A DNA stretch of 64,000 nt, taken from positions 1,408,001 to 1,472,000 of the forward strand of contig CBDBCZ010000016.1 of NCBI GenBank assembly GCA_965203295.1, in the 5' to 3' direction. Source of the stretch: Nitrospirales bacterium (lineage in GTDB: Bacteria > Nitrospirota > Nitrospiria > Nitrospirales > UBA8639). The translations under genes were made by a program, and so were the position numbers. This document shows, piece by piece, positions 11,284 through 22,711 of the stretch (positions within the stretch are counted from its first letter, which is position 1; each line of letters begins with the position of its first letter). The notes under the pieces are model-generated. The model was not told the origin of the DNA and made no database searches. It was given only the letters and a program-made list of their open reading frames with translations.

Positions 11284-12015
11284 ATGGCAGCTAAAGCTCT
11301 CATACTGTTGGGCGCGGGAGATGCTATCGGTGGAGCGATTGCCAAGCGTTTCGCTCGGGAAGGCTTCACGGTCTGTGTCGCGCGAAGGAGTGTCGAAAAA
11401 CTGGAACCACTAGTGAAAGAGATCCAGGCCAATGGCGGGAAAGCTAGGGCCTTCGGAACCGATGCTAGTCAAGAAGATCAAGTTAAAGACTTGTTCCGTG
11501 TGGTGGAGGAGGAGGTCGGGCCGATCGAGGCGTGCGTGTTCAACGTTGGGCCCATGATGAAGGTGGCGCCCATCAACAAAATGACTTCCGACGACTTCCG
11601 CAAGATTTGGGAAGCAAACTGTTTCTCCGGTTTTCTGTCTGGGCGTGAAGCAGCACTGTACATGAAGAAGCGTGGCAGGGGCACAATCATATTCACCGGG
11701 GCAACGGCGAGCGTACGTGGAAGCTCAGGTTTTTCAGGTTTTGCTTCGGCCAAATTTGGTCTTAAGGCTCTCTCTCAGTCCATGGCCCGGGAGCTGGGTC
11801 CTCAGGGAATTCATGTAGCCCACGTGATAATAGATGGTGAAGTTGACACTCAGATATTGCAGCAAGGGCGTCCGGAGATGTACACTAAACTGAAGGACGA
11901 GGATCGTATTCTCAATCCTGAGGGTGTTGCCGAGACGTATTGGCATCTCCACGTTCAGGACAGGAGTACCTGGACCCTGGAGTTGGATCTGAGACCCTGG
12001 ACGGAAAAATTCTAG
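11284..12015 (+). CDS. Bacterial-type SDR copy 5 (243 aa, most divergent)
   Basis: Intact ORF; FASAK motif; upstream region shared with copy 4. Confidence 0.92.
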   Translation: MAAKALILLGAGDAIGGAIAKRFAREGFTVCVARRSVEKLEPLVKEIQANGGKARAFGTDASQEDQVKDLFRVVEEEVGPIEACVFNVGPMMKVAPINKMTSDDFRKIWEANCFSGFLSGREAALYMKKRGRGTIIFTGATASVRGSSGFSGFASAKFGLKALSQSMARELGPQGIHVAHVIIDGEVDTQILQQGRPEMYTKLKDEDRILNPEGVAETYWHLHVQDRSTWTLELDLRPWTEKF

Positions 12016-12654
12016 TTAGCTATTTTTGAAACAGGAACAATTACTAAAATAAATATGATTTTTAGTGTTTGAATTGTTTTTGTAATTATTATGGTCTTTC
12101 TTTTATTTTGTTCTAGCTTTGCGGTTTATAGAGAGTCGTGCATACTGCCAGCCGTTATGGCTAAGCGGGACCTAGATCAGTTTTTGTTGTCGCTACTAGC
12201 AGGCTCTTAAGTTGGATGTACATGTAGTTGCTAGGAGTACTGCCTGAGATAAGGTAGAGATTTCAAATTGCTACAATCTTTGTCATGCTTTACCGTTCGA
12301 AAGAGAAATGATTTTTTACTTCCTGCAACTTGCCTACTAACTTAGCCCAATATTGCACTGATGTCAATTAACACCTCTGCCTGTATGTGGCCTCTTTTGA
12401 GTACTATATATAAGCATGGAAAAGGTTGCCATGGTAATGTACATTAACAAGGTGTACTCTACCCAAAGGAGGATATCATGCGTAAGGATAGGCTAGAGGT
12501 AAGGCTAGTCAGAATGACAGTGCTTGACTGACACGGCTCCAGTGCATGTGGCAAACATTGCTCGGGTTGTTGGATGGGAGAAACTTGCAGGATGTCTTCT
12601 CTACTATCTATGCTTGGACGAAGGACCCTGGCACACTCAACAGATGATGCTGCA

Positions 12655-13060
12655 TGGTGAAGACAGTGTGTGCACTGCTACTTTGGCGATCTCTACGGCA
12701 TGCATATAAGGGAGACACACAGGAGATGAGTATGCGAACGAGCACTCCTAAAGGAGCTAGAGTAGCACCCCATTTTTTATAGTGTGGTGAAGACAGTGTG
12801 CACTGCTACTTTGGTGATCTCTACGGCATGTATAAGGGAGGCACACAGGAGATGAGTATGCGAACGAGCACTCCTAAAGGTGCTAGAGTAGCACCCCATT
12901 TTTTATAGTGTGGTGAAGACAGTGTGCACTGCTACTTTGGTGATCTCTACGGCATGTATAAGGGAGGCACACAGGAGATGAGTATGCGAACAAGCACCCC
13001 TAAAGGTGCTAGAGTAGCACCCCATTTTTTACAGTGTGGTGAAGATGGTGTGCACTGCTG
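12655..13060. repeat. ~126-bp tandem repeat, ~3.2 copies
   Basis: tggtgaagacagtgtgcactgctactttgg, or a close variant, recurs at 12655, 12785, 12911 and 13037. Confidence 0.9.
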
Positions 13061-14318
13061 CTTTAATTTGCCAGTAATCTCTGGCATACATTTCTTGAAT
13101 AATTTTTAATGTCTGTATGTATAGCATCCTCCTGGGATAATAGCCATGTCTCTCCTAGCCTATTTAAGTACTTCGTGCAGTGATCATAAGACACTTCTGT
13201 GTGATGGAGCCTCAGTTTGCAGTATTACTTAATTCACACCCAAAACAATTTGCACAGTATATATATATTATACGTGTAGGTGCAAAAAATGACAGTATAT
13301 AGCTCTACCATATACCAAACAGGCACACTATTTTGCGAGCTACAATTATTTCTACTGTACACAATCATGCACAGTAATAATTTTAATAAATCGCTCTGCC
13401 AAGTGACAGAACTAAAAGTAAATCAAAGAGCTTTATGCAGTTTCCATCAGTAGCCTTTTTAGTTCTTTCATGCATGTGTGTCCTCTGATATATCGGGTGT
13501 GAGTCCTTTCAGTGTCATGCGGCTGTTGGGACTTGCTTTGATTTTGAGGTTTATAGGACATCACAGTGAATTATATGACATTGTCAGGCCCGGGATACAT
13601 GAAAGAACTGAAGAGCATGCAGTGTTGCAAAGAGGCCTGCCTGGTGTGAATCAGAGTAGCAATAAACTCGGTTCTTTCATTATACTTAGCAGTGTCAAAG
13701 TAGGATGTGTCCTGAGCCAGATTATGGAATTAAAGTCTGCAGTAGGTACTCTAACTGAATAATGTAGATAGCAAACCTAGAATTAACTCAAGACGTTTCT
13801 AAATCAGTGAAAACTTCAGTTTAGTTCGCCAATCAAACAAAATTCCAATGCTATAGTCTTTTTGAGAGTGCACTGCGTGCCAGCCCCACCCACATTGGAG
13901 AGTTCGTAGGTGGAGCTATGACTGAACACTCGCGTATAATTTAAATTATAATTTACTGCGCAGTGTAGTCTCATGCCCAGCCCCACGTGGGGCTGAGCAT
14001 GAGATCGAGACTATACTATGCGCAGTGAGGCCTCGCGCAGAGTCACGTGAAGAGTTGACCACACCTATTAGAGTTGGAATCACAAACCCACCCACTTTGG
14101 AAGCCGCATGATATATTATACACTAGCCCCACCGCCGCACTGCAAGATTAATTGTCTCGCTATTAAAGGCGCTCGGCAACTAGACACTGAGTAAAAACTG
14201 AACCGAAAACCGCATAGAGGCTGGCAGGGAAGACCTAGGTGGGTGAAAATAGAATAAAAGGATAGTCCTACTCTACATGTTATAGACAGCCAATGAGGAC
14301 TATTAAATAATTGAGAGG

Positions 14319-14384
14319 TAGCCTCGAACCCAGCCGTCCCAGCTTTTTTTCGAAAAAAAGCTGGGACGGCTGGGTTCGAGGCTA
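14319..14384. mobile_element. Tiny palindromic MITE with 9-bp TSD attgagagg
   Basis: tagcctcgaacccagccgtcccagc...gctgggacggctgggttcgaggcta, a near-perfect palindrome. Confidence 0.88.
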
Positions 14385-14421
14385 ATTGAGAGGTATGCTC
14401 GTTCTAAAGATGACATTAGAC

Positions 14422-14598
14422 TCATCGCGAAGTTTCTTCAATTCCAACCCGAAGTTCAGCAGAAGTTTTTATTTGCCGACGTTTCGACTACAGTGTTGTA
14501 GTCTTCTTCAAGTCATGGCTACAACACTGTAGTCAAAACATCGGTAAATATAAACTTCTGCTGAACTTCGGGTTGGAATTGAAGAAACTTCACGATGA
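14422..14598. mobile_element. Inverted repeat resembling a Penelope-like element terminus, with a minimal hammerhead-like motif on the minus strand
   Basis: ~80-bp inverted arms. Minus strand reads TTGAAGA-A-GACTAC-aacact-GTAGTC-GAAACGTC. Absent from the paralogous site near 25460. Confidence 0.6.
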
Positions 14599-16125
14599 AT
14601 TCTACTAGCCAACCGAGAGAATCTCTGAATAATATGACTTTGGACTTACAATTACACCCCTTGTGCCCAGACCCAGCAGTCATGATTACGCTGTAAAAAA
14701 GCAAGTAGTTTCTTTGTATGTACTGAATGCAGCCAGAAACTGATGCAGTTAGCTAATAGCCATTATAGCCTCTAATTATGCACCCTTTCAAATTCCAAAG
14801 TGTATCCTTCCTCAGCTAAGCAGCTACGTGGCTAGCACTGCTAAAAAGTAATGGTTACTTTGACAATGCATGATTCAGTTACTGCATGGAGTTGCATCTA
14901 TGTAATAATTATTAAGACCCGTTTTGTCAAACAGGACAATCACTATCCTGCCCATTATTTTTGTAGCCTTTACCCTTACAGCTAGTTCCCAAAACATAAG
15001 GGGTGCAGATGTCTGCCCACTAGTGCAAATACAAAGCTGTACTCCTTGGCTGTATCAGCTGTGTAGTACAGATGCTGTCACCAGTCACAGTTGTTGCTAC
15101 AGACCTTCCATGCAGCATGATCTCTCCTATACTATGATAGCCATGTAAGGCACTACAATCAGCAAAACATTGTTCACAGTATATATAGATGCAACTCCAG
15201 TAACCAACGCATTGTTGAAAATTACTATTCAATTCTGGGCACTGATCTAAAACTGAAGTGGGATAGGCTATACAAAAATGATAAATTAGACCACTCATGA
15301 ATCATTTGCAGTTCTGCTAGCTAGCAGTGCGTGGCAGATCTAACTGACATAGACACCCTTGGAAAAATCCCTGCCCTGGCCTATAGGCCTGAGCTAATTG
15401 TTCACTCAAACTTCAAATTCTTTGTTCTTACCTTTCTTCCCTATTATTCAAGTGAACCTACCCAATTATTCACATGATTATGACCTGTTATTACTTGAAG
15501 CAAGTTTTTGTTGGTACTGTTTGATGCAAAACCTTACACACACACATCCACCTTACATTTACATGTAAAATTGGAGGCTTTTGGGGCCTTTAGCGCCTCT
15601 AAGATCAATACAGGAGGTGACGATACAGCCTGATCCTGGGATTCAGCCTCCCCAGCACCAAGTCGTGTATGGTTCAAAGGTCGCACATAGATGTTGAAAA
15701 TGCGCATAAGCAAACTATATTTTTGCTTTCTTACTGATTATTCAAAATTGGCCCTATTATTCAAAATTTTATTCTCGAATAATTAGCTCAGGCCTACCTA
15801 GGACCAGTGTTAATTGACTTCGAGCTGGGTTAGTACCCCCTTTGAAAAATTAGTTCCAATTGTGTTATGAATGTAGGTAACTAAATATGAATTAAGTTAT
15901 GACATACATGTGTATTACTATAAAGGGAGGCTGACGTCCTAAGGAAAAGGCATGTTAGGTATTAGCATGAATACAATGGCAGGATCATGAATAAGAAACA
16001 AGTATTGCAAGATTGACATCTGCTACAACCTAGTACCTCATATTTTCTGACCTCTGGCTTTACAGATTGGAACTCTGACCGTGCTATTGTTTATATATAC
16101 CGTGCAAGTATCAACACAGGAAGCT

Positions 16126-19100
16126 ATGAGCTCCCGAATATTAGCTCTGCTGTTTGGAATCATTCTTCCACTGTGTTCTGCGCAGACAAACTACTATGTC
16201 AAACCAACGGCTGATACACAGTGTCCAGTTGGCGTCCCAGAATCAAACTGCCTCACACTCGCTGAATACGTTGGACAAGCAGACCAGTACTTCACCCCTG
16301 GTGTTACTTTGAAGTTCCTTTCTGGGGTCCACACTCTGCATTGCAATGTCTCAGTTGAGGATATTGATAGTCTGACGCTTGAAGGAGACGCTAGCAATAC
16401 CCCAGATGTCCCAAGCAGAATCGTGTGTACCTGGCCAGCCGGCTTCTTGTTTCAAAACATCAGCCGGCTACTAGTTAACTCTTTAGCCTTTGCTAATTGT
16501 GGGAGTGTTGACAATGCAGCAATAAGGATTATGTCTGTAGACTCTTGCGAGTTTAGAAGGTGCTTGTTTGATAGCAACATGAACCAGCAGAGTACTGGCG
16601 GAGCTCTAGAGGTCAAAGGTGGCCAGCTCACCATCACTGAATCTCGTTTCGACAAGAACTATGGTGGAGGGGTGTACGCCAACAATGCTGTTGTAAACAT
16701 CCGAGATAGCACATTCACTGATAATATTCCAGCACTACTTGGTGGAGCAATCTTTGTTTCCGAAGGTAATGTGACCATATATGGAGACACAAGAATGACG
16801 GGTAATTTCGCGCAGTATGGTGGTGGTATTGCTGTAGTAGAAAGCACACTTGATCTGGATGGAACTTATACAATTCACCGAAATGGAGCTGGATTTGGTG
16901 GGGGTATCTATGCACAGGAGAGCTTTATACAATTAACAAACACTACTAGTTTAAGTAGCAATGCTGCTACTTATGGAGGTGGAATATATGCATTAAGGGC
17001 CGTACTTCTCTTTGAAGGATACCACAGTTTCGTGGATAACTCAGCTACAATGGATGGAGGAGCACTGCTTCTCGTCAGTGATTCTTCCTGCTCTTTCTCG
17101 AGTAATACCATAGTAGACTTTGTGGGTAATAGTGCTGAGAAACAGGGAGGAGCGATCAAAGCAGACGACCTTAACCCCCTGACATACTGCACTGAGAGTA
17201 CATTAGCGTTTCAAACTCAGTGTTTTTTCCGAGTTCCCCCCTTACGTCAGTACAGTGGACACCCCAACATCACCTTAAACTTTTACAACAATAGCGCTGC
17301 TGAAGGAGGCGGAGATATTTTCGGAGGATCGATAGATAACTGTGAAATCCCATACGTAACAACAGACAATCTGACCAGTGGTCAAGCGTTTGATCTCATC
17401 AAAAATAAATCAGTAACGTCTCTTGATATTACATCCGTCCCACTCCAGATTTGCAATTGTGAAAACGACCAGATGAACTGCAACAGCCCACTGCTACGGA
17501 AAGCCGTATACCCCGGTGGAACTGTGCAAGTTTCCGTGGTGGTGCTTGGGCAGAGAGGTGGAATCACTACAGATGATGTCAGACTTTATTTGCCACCCCC
17601 GAGTGAAATTGAAGTGGAACCAAGTCAAATTACCCAGAGAACTAATCGAAAGTGCACCACTTTAAAGTACACAATACGTTCCTCGGCTGTGAATAAAACA
17701 CATAATAAATTACTAATTCCGGTTCAAGGGCCATGTCCACGAGTGTTTGTCAACGTCTCCCTTCAGATTCTTCCCTGTCCTCCTGGCTTTGAATTGTCAC
17801 AGCAGCAAGCGTGCATTTGTGACCAAAGACTGGCTGACTACACAAATACTTGCAGTGCAGATGATGGCACCATTCTACGTGATACTAGTGACTCCTTTTG
17901 GGTCGGCGTTGATGATGAAACTCAAGAGCTGCTTCTCCACCCCTCGTGTGTCTATGACTACTGCATATCGGAGACTTCAAAATTTATATCGGTGAACAAA
18001 AGTGATGCCCAATGTAACTACAATAGATCAGGAAAAGTGTGTGGAGGCTGTAGTGAAGGCTTAAGTGTTGTTCTAAGTAGCTCTCGCTGCTTGCAATGCT
18101 CTAACAGCTATCTAGCTCTCCTGGTTCCATTCGCTCTTGCTGGTATTGCTTTGGTGTTTCTGCTGTTTGTGCTCAATTTGACAGTAACCATGGGTACTAT
18201 CAACGGGCTAGTCTTCTACGTCAACGTTCTTGCTGCAAGCAACATCTTCAGCACTGGAGAGAGGAATGTGTTAACTGTATTCGTAGCTTGGTTAAATTTG
18301 GATCTTGGAATCGAGACCTGTTTTTATGACGGCATGGATGTATACGGGTATGCGTGGCTCCAGTTTGCATATCCAATATACATATGGCTTCTAGTTGGAC
18401 TGGTAGTCCTCGCCAGCCATTATTCTTCCAAAATAGCTAACCACCTGGGACACAACCCTATTTCAGTGCTTGCAACACTTTTTCTTCTCTCTTACACAAA
18501 GCTTTTTCGTGCTATTTGCACTGCTGTTTCCTACACAGATGTGTTTTATCCCGCCTCAAGGAGCAGAGTTTGGTTTGAAGATGCCAATGTAGTCTTCTTG
18601 AGGGGCAAACATATTCCTCTCTTTTTCTTTTCAGTTGTAGTATTCGTGCTTTTTAGTGCCCCTTTCACGCTGGTACTTCTTTTTGGGAGCTTGATGCGAA
18701 AATCTAATAGCAGACTACTTGCGTGGATCAACTCTCCTAAACTAATGAAGCCATTCCTTGATGCCTTCTATGCCCCGTACAAAGACAACCACCATTACTG
18801 GACTGGCTGGCTACTGCTCCTTCGCTTCATCCTGTTTCTTTCCTTTGTCATCAATTCTTTTGGAGATATAAGCTTTAATCTCTTCATGATTATCCTGGGC
18901 AGTTTTACTACTCTAGCATTGGCTTGGAATACTGGAGGAATTTACAAGAACTGGTGTCTCGACTTACTTGAATCATTCTTTTTCCTCCAGTTGGGCATCT
19001 TTGCTGCTGGTGTTTACTATGTGAGAGAAATTGATGGTAATCTAGCTGCACTTTCCTATACAATGCTTAGCATAGACTTTCTGGTGTTCATTGGAATAAT

Positions 19101-19332
19101 CATTTTTCACATTTTTATGCGAGTAACCAAAACCAGAGTGTGGAAAAACTTGGAAATAAAAGCATCAAAGCATCTGAATGAACAGAAGGAGGACATTGAA
19201 AACAACGAAGATGTCGACATTGAGTTTCACAGAACTGTCACACAACACCATGACAACGATACCACACACAGCTGCCCAAGGGTGACATACAGTGAGCTAC
19301 GAGAGCCACTGATCGACGACTCGTATGCATAA
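16126..19332 (+). CDS. Intronless multipass membrane receptor-like protein with Pmp-like/right-handed beta-helix ectodomain (copy A, 1068 aa)
   Basis: Signal peptide MSSRILALLFGIILPLCSA; repeated FxxN...GGA(I/L)/GGGI motifs; CPPGF and C..NRSG.VCG.C Cys-rich stalk; ~9-10 hydrophobic segments; tail VTYSELREPLI. Confidence 0.88.
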   Translation: MSSRILALLFGIILPLCSAQTNYYVKPTADTQCPVGVPESNCLTLAEYVGQADQYFTPGVTLKFLSGVHTLHCNVSVEDIDSLTLEGDASNTPDVPSRIVCTWPAGFLFQNISRLLVNSLAFANCGSVDNAAIRIMSVDSCEFRRCLFDSNMNQQSTGGALEVKGGQLTITESRFDKNYGGGVYANNAVVNIRDSTFTDNIPALLGGAIFVSEGNVTIYGDTRMTGNFAQYGGGIAVVESTLDLDGTYTIHRNGAGFGGGIYAQESFIQLTNTTSLSSNAATYGGGIYALRAVLLFEGYHSFVDNSATMDGGALLLVSDSSCSFSSNTIVDFVGNSAEKQGGAIKADDLNPLTYCTESTLAFQTQCFFRVPPLRQYSGHPNITLNFYNNSAAEGGGDIFGGSIDNCEIPYVTTDNLTSGQAFDLIKNKSVTSLDITSVPLQICNCENDQMNCNSPLLRKAVYPGGTVQVSVVVLGQRGGITTDDVRLYLPPPSEIEVEPSQITQRTNRKCTTLKYTIRSSAVNKTHNKLLIPVQGPCPRVFVNVSLQILPCPPGFELSQQQACICDQRLADYTNTCSADDGTILRDTSDSFWVGVDDETQELLLHPSCVYDYCISETSKFISVNKSDAQCNYNRSGKVCGGCSEGLSVVLSSSRCLQCSNSYLALLVPFALAGIALVFLLFVLNLTVTMGTINGLVFYVNVLAASNIFSTGERNVLTVFVAWLNLDLGIETCFYDGMDVYGYAWLQFAYPIYIWLLVGLVVLASHYSSKIANHLGHNPISVLATLFLLSYTKLFRAICTAVSYTDVFYPASRSRVWFEDANVVFLRGKHIPLFFFSVVVFVLFSAPFTLVLLFGSLMRKSNSRLLAWINSPKLMKPFLDAFYAPYKDNHHYWTGWLLLLRFILFLSFVINSFGDISFNLFMIILGSFTTLALAWNTGGIYKNWCLDLLESFFFLQLGIFAAGVYYVREIDGNLAALSYTMLSIDFLVFIGIIIFHIFMRVTKTRVWKNLEIKASKHLNEQKEDIENNEDVDIEFHRTVTQHHDNDTTHSCPRVTYSELREPLIDDSYA

Positions 19333-20098
19333 ATAATTATTCTTCACACAAATTTACTATCTGCTATAGCACAAATAGTCTTGCACTGCAACCCCCATGC
19401 AATCATTTTAAGTTGCTGTATTGCCCACATTGTGTGTTCATTTGATAAACAGCTAGCCATATTTTAGTGTCTGTAAGTACGTACCCCTTTGCTGTAACTG
19501 CATGCATGTTGTGTTAATACTTTTAGTTGCTTTGCACTACTTTTCATATTATCTTTTAATTAGCTGATAGTGTGTATTCTGTACCTTGAAATCTTAATGT
19601 AACTTTTACATGAAGACAAATCTTTGCAGGATGGCAGACTATGTGTTATGGTTCATGGGTTTATAGTACATTTTACTGAGCAGTACGTAGTTCCAATATT
19701 ACCTATGCCCATGAACTATTACCAGCTATGAACGTCTTCCTTACTGACATAAAATTGATACAGATGTGATTCTGTTTCTGTTGGTATTCAATGGAGACTA
19801 AAGGTCAATAAGGCTATATGAGCACACATGCACTATTATTTATGCTTACACGTGTTCTTTGCGGAATCTGTAATTGCAGTAAAATATCACAACATTGTAT
19901 ATACCAATGGTGCATGGAAAAAAAACTCTGCCAAGACATGCTGTCATGAAGCCCCTATAAATTTGATAGGTCTCTTATGCATGTAAACAATATTAATATA
20001 GTACACAAGGCACTCAGCAATAATAAAGGTGATTGCATGCAGGACACATAGCCACATCAGAGAAGTACTCTAATGATTAACCTTGATTTGAATGAACA

Positions 20099-20220
20099 TC
20101 ACTTTGGCATGTATATAAAACAAGAAGCTTAGAGCAAAGACCATCCACTATGCCTCCCTCTGGAATGACGTACTCCCCTGAAATTCTGTGAGGTCCCACC
20201 TCAAAGAGGTTCTTGTTGTT
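20099..20220 (-). pseudogene. Duplicated 3' fragment of ACTMAP at the duplication junction
   Basis: NNKNLFEVGPHRISGEYVIPEGGIVDGLCSKLLVLY matches the C-terminus of 30872-31888. Confidence 0.9.
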
Positions 20221-20784
20221 AGGCCATGTCTCCTTTTTAACTACTTCATGCAGTGATCGTAATGTGTAATGGAGCGCAGTCACTTAATTCACACTCAAAA
20301 CAATTTGCACAATATATAAATACATGTATATATACGTGTAGGTGCATAAAAAGACAGTACATAGCACAAAAGCACACAGTACAGGTACAAGCTACAATTA
20401 TTTCTACTGTACACATGTACAGTAATTTTAGTAAATCGCTATCGCTCTGCCAAGTGACAGAACTAAAAGTAAATCAAAGAGCTCTGCAGTTTCCATCACT
20501 AGCTAGGCTCTCCATATTTTAGTTCTTTCATGCATGTGTGTCCTCTGATATATTGGGTGTGAATCCTTTCTGAAGTGTCATGACTGTTGGGGACTTGCTT
20601 TGATTTTGAGGTTATAAGGACATCACGGTGAATAATATGACATTATCAGGACACATGAAAGAACTGAAGAGCATGCAGTGGTGCAAAGAGGCCTGCCTGG
20701 TGTGAAGAAGAAGAAAAGTTGTAGCAATAGACTCAGTTCTTTCATATAGCTACTTAGCAGTGTCAAAGCAGGTCAAAGTAGGAT

Positions 20785-22021
20785 AGAAAATTTTTATAGT
20801 CACGCCCCGTGGACAGCAGGCCGAAATTGGCCTATGTGACAGAGAAATACAAATACAAATAGTAATAAGTAAAATTAATAAGCAAATAAAAATACAGCAA
20901 TAGAGCAGTGGTACAATAAAAGGGGTTAAAGCAATTTATATTAATACGAGTAAGAGAGGAAGGAAAGGAAGGAGACAAGGAAGTGGGGGCCTATATTTCT
21001 CAGGGCAATATTTTTTTTTTTTTGTTGTGTAATCACCAAACAAGGACCAAGACCACACTGGACAGACAGAAGGACATGTATGTTGAAATGACTAGATATT
21101 GTTGATGGAGCGATAAAATTGCAGTGTACGAAGTTTACAAAAGGGAGGAGTGGTGCATATTAACGGACGAAAAATGAAGGAGAAAAAAAAATGCTGTAGT
21201 GGTGGAGATTGTAACTATGGGATCCACCTGTAAATTAGAGGAAGGTTCTCAGGGGTGGGAGAATACAAAATTGCAAAAGTTTTGACTTGACATAAAACGA
21301 GAAGTGAGAATGGTGATGGAACTGTGCAGTGAACTTGTTGGGTAATCTATCACTTGTGGATAACTCGTCAGCAATACTGGCAGGCGTGATGTGAAACTGC
21401 AGTGACTGCACTTGTAAGGCGGAATACAAGCAAGGAAGAGATTCTCAAGGGTGGTAAGGGTTGAGCTTGCGAATACATATAATATAAGCAGAGGTTGTTT
21501 GGGATGGATAAGTTGGTTGTAAGATGATTTTTTGGGGGGGGGGGTAGGCAGATGGGGAGGGAAAATAAGGGAAGGGGAGTCAAGGGGAGTCAAGAGAGAG
21601 TAAAGATAAGAATACATGAAACATACAAGGATATAGAGATACAAATTTGATTGACAGTGGGAGGTAATATGCGCAAGTATATTCATACTATATTTTGAGG
21701 TCAACGTTCCAGTAAACTTCTGCGAAGGATAAACATGTCATAAATGAGGTCCTTTACAGCAGAATTTTCTGCACAAAGATGTAGCAGCTGGAGAGTCTTC
21801 TGCTCGGGAAGGAGGGCGTAGAAGTTAAAATCACACGCATCCGATGCTACCTTATACAGCTGAAGCCGCAGTGTTGTGAGGGGCTGGCAGTAGTTCAGGA
21901 AATGAATTTCATCTCCAATGCCCTTTGCACAAATCTCACAGTTCCTCTGTAGGAGCGGGGTTTTAGGTGTTCTGTATCTACCGGTTTCAACCTCTAGTGG
22001 GAGGCATCCACATCTTAACAT
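20785..22021 (-). mobile_element. 5'-truncated non-LTR retrotransposon (C-terminal zinc-binding region of RT ORF plus long 3' UTR)
   Basis: LRCGCLPLEVETGRY...RNCEIC...GDEIHFLNYC. The sequence is inserted relative to unit A at gtcaaagtaggat. Confidence 0.75.
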
Positions 22022-22711
22022 TGTCGTAGATATACTATTGATGTACGGCTCTGGTCACTCTTTGTTTGGCGGTAGAATGCTAGGCGGCCACCAGTCTCAG
22101 AATTTCTAGGAGTCTCTTGAACTGACTGTCTCCATATATGGAGTTCCTGATTTACTACTGCATCCCAAAGATCTTCCACAGAATGGCCCTGTTGGATTAG
22201 AGTACACTCACACAGGGAATTAAAAATGTTGGAAGTGCGTTTGTTATGTCTTGAGCCAAGGTATGGCTGACCATAGATAATAGAGTATTATCTATGGGCT
22301 GAGGAGGTGTGACATTAAAGTCTGCAGTAGGTAATCTAACTGAATAATGTAGATAGCAAACCTAGAATTAACTCAAGACGTTTCACGATTCAGTTTAGTT
22401 CGGCCGGGGGCTCAGAGGGGCTCAGCCGCTCAAAAGGCTTACTTTTTAAGGCAAAAATCATGGACCTAAAGATCGGGCTGAACTGCAAGAGCATATCAGT
22501 GAGCCACTCGCCAGAAATACGGTAGATGCCTTCAATGATGGTAGAAAGTATTGACTGCTGATTTATAGCAGTCATTAGCTGGAATACCTCTCGAAAAAGT
22601 AACGCACAAACGCACAGATCCTCTTCCAAGTAAAAAAGTTCGATATACTTACCGGTCATGTGACTAGTTGCCTCTTAGCACGTGATGCTGACGTACCTCC
22701 TCTGTGCGCCA

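Larger units (their letters stand above)
13143..20220. repeat. Segmental duplication unit A (paralogous to ~20223-30990)
   Basis: gccatgtctc...cttc(g/a)tgcagtgatc starts both units. Colinear flanks, the receptor gene and the ACTMAP 3' end are present in both. Confidence 0.85.

Noticed and set aside
491..12015. Bacterial contaminant contig
   Set aside because: Gene density is low, there is no operon structure, and the same MITE families occur here and in the introns of the spliced PDE2 gene.
12520..13140. Ankyrin-like pseudogene on the minus strand (HCLHHAASSVECARVL)
   Set aside because: Too short and degenerate to support without a search.
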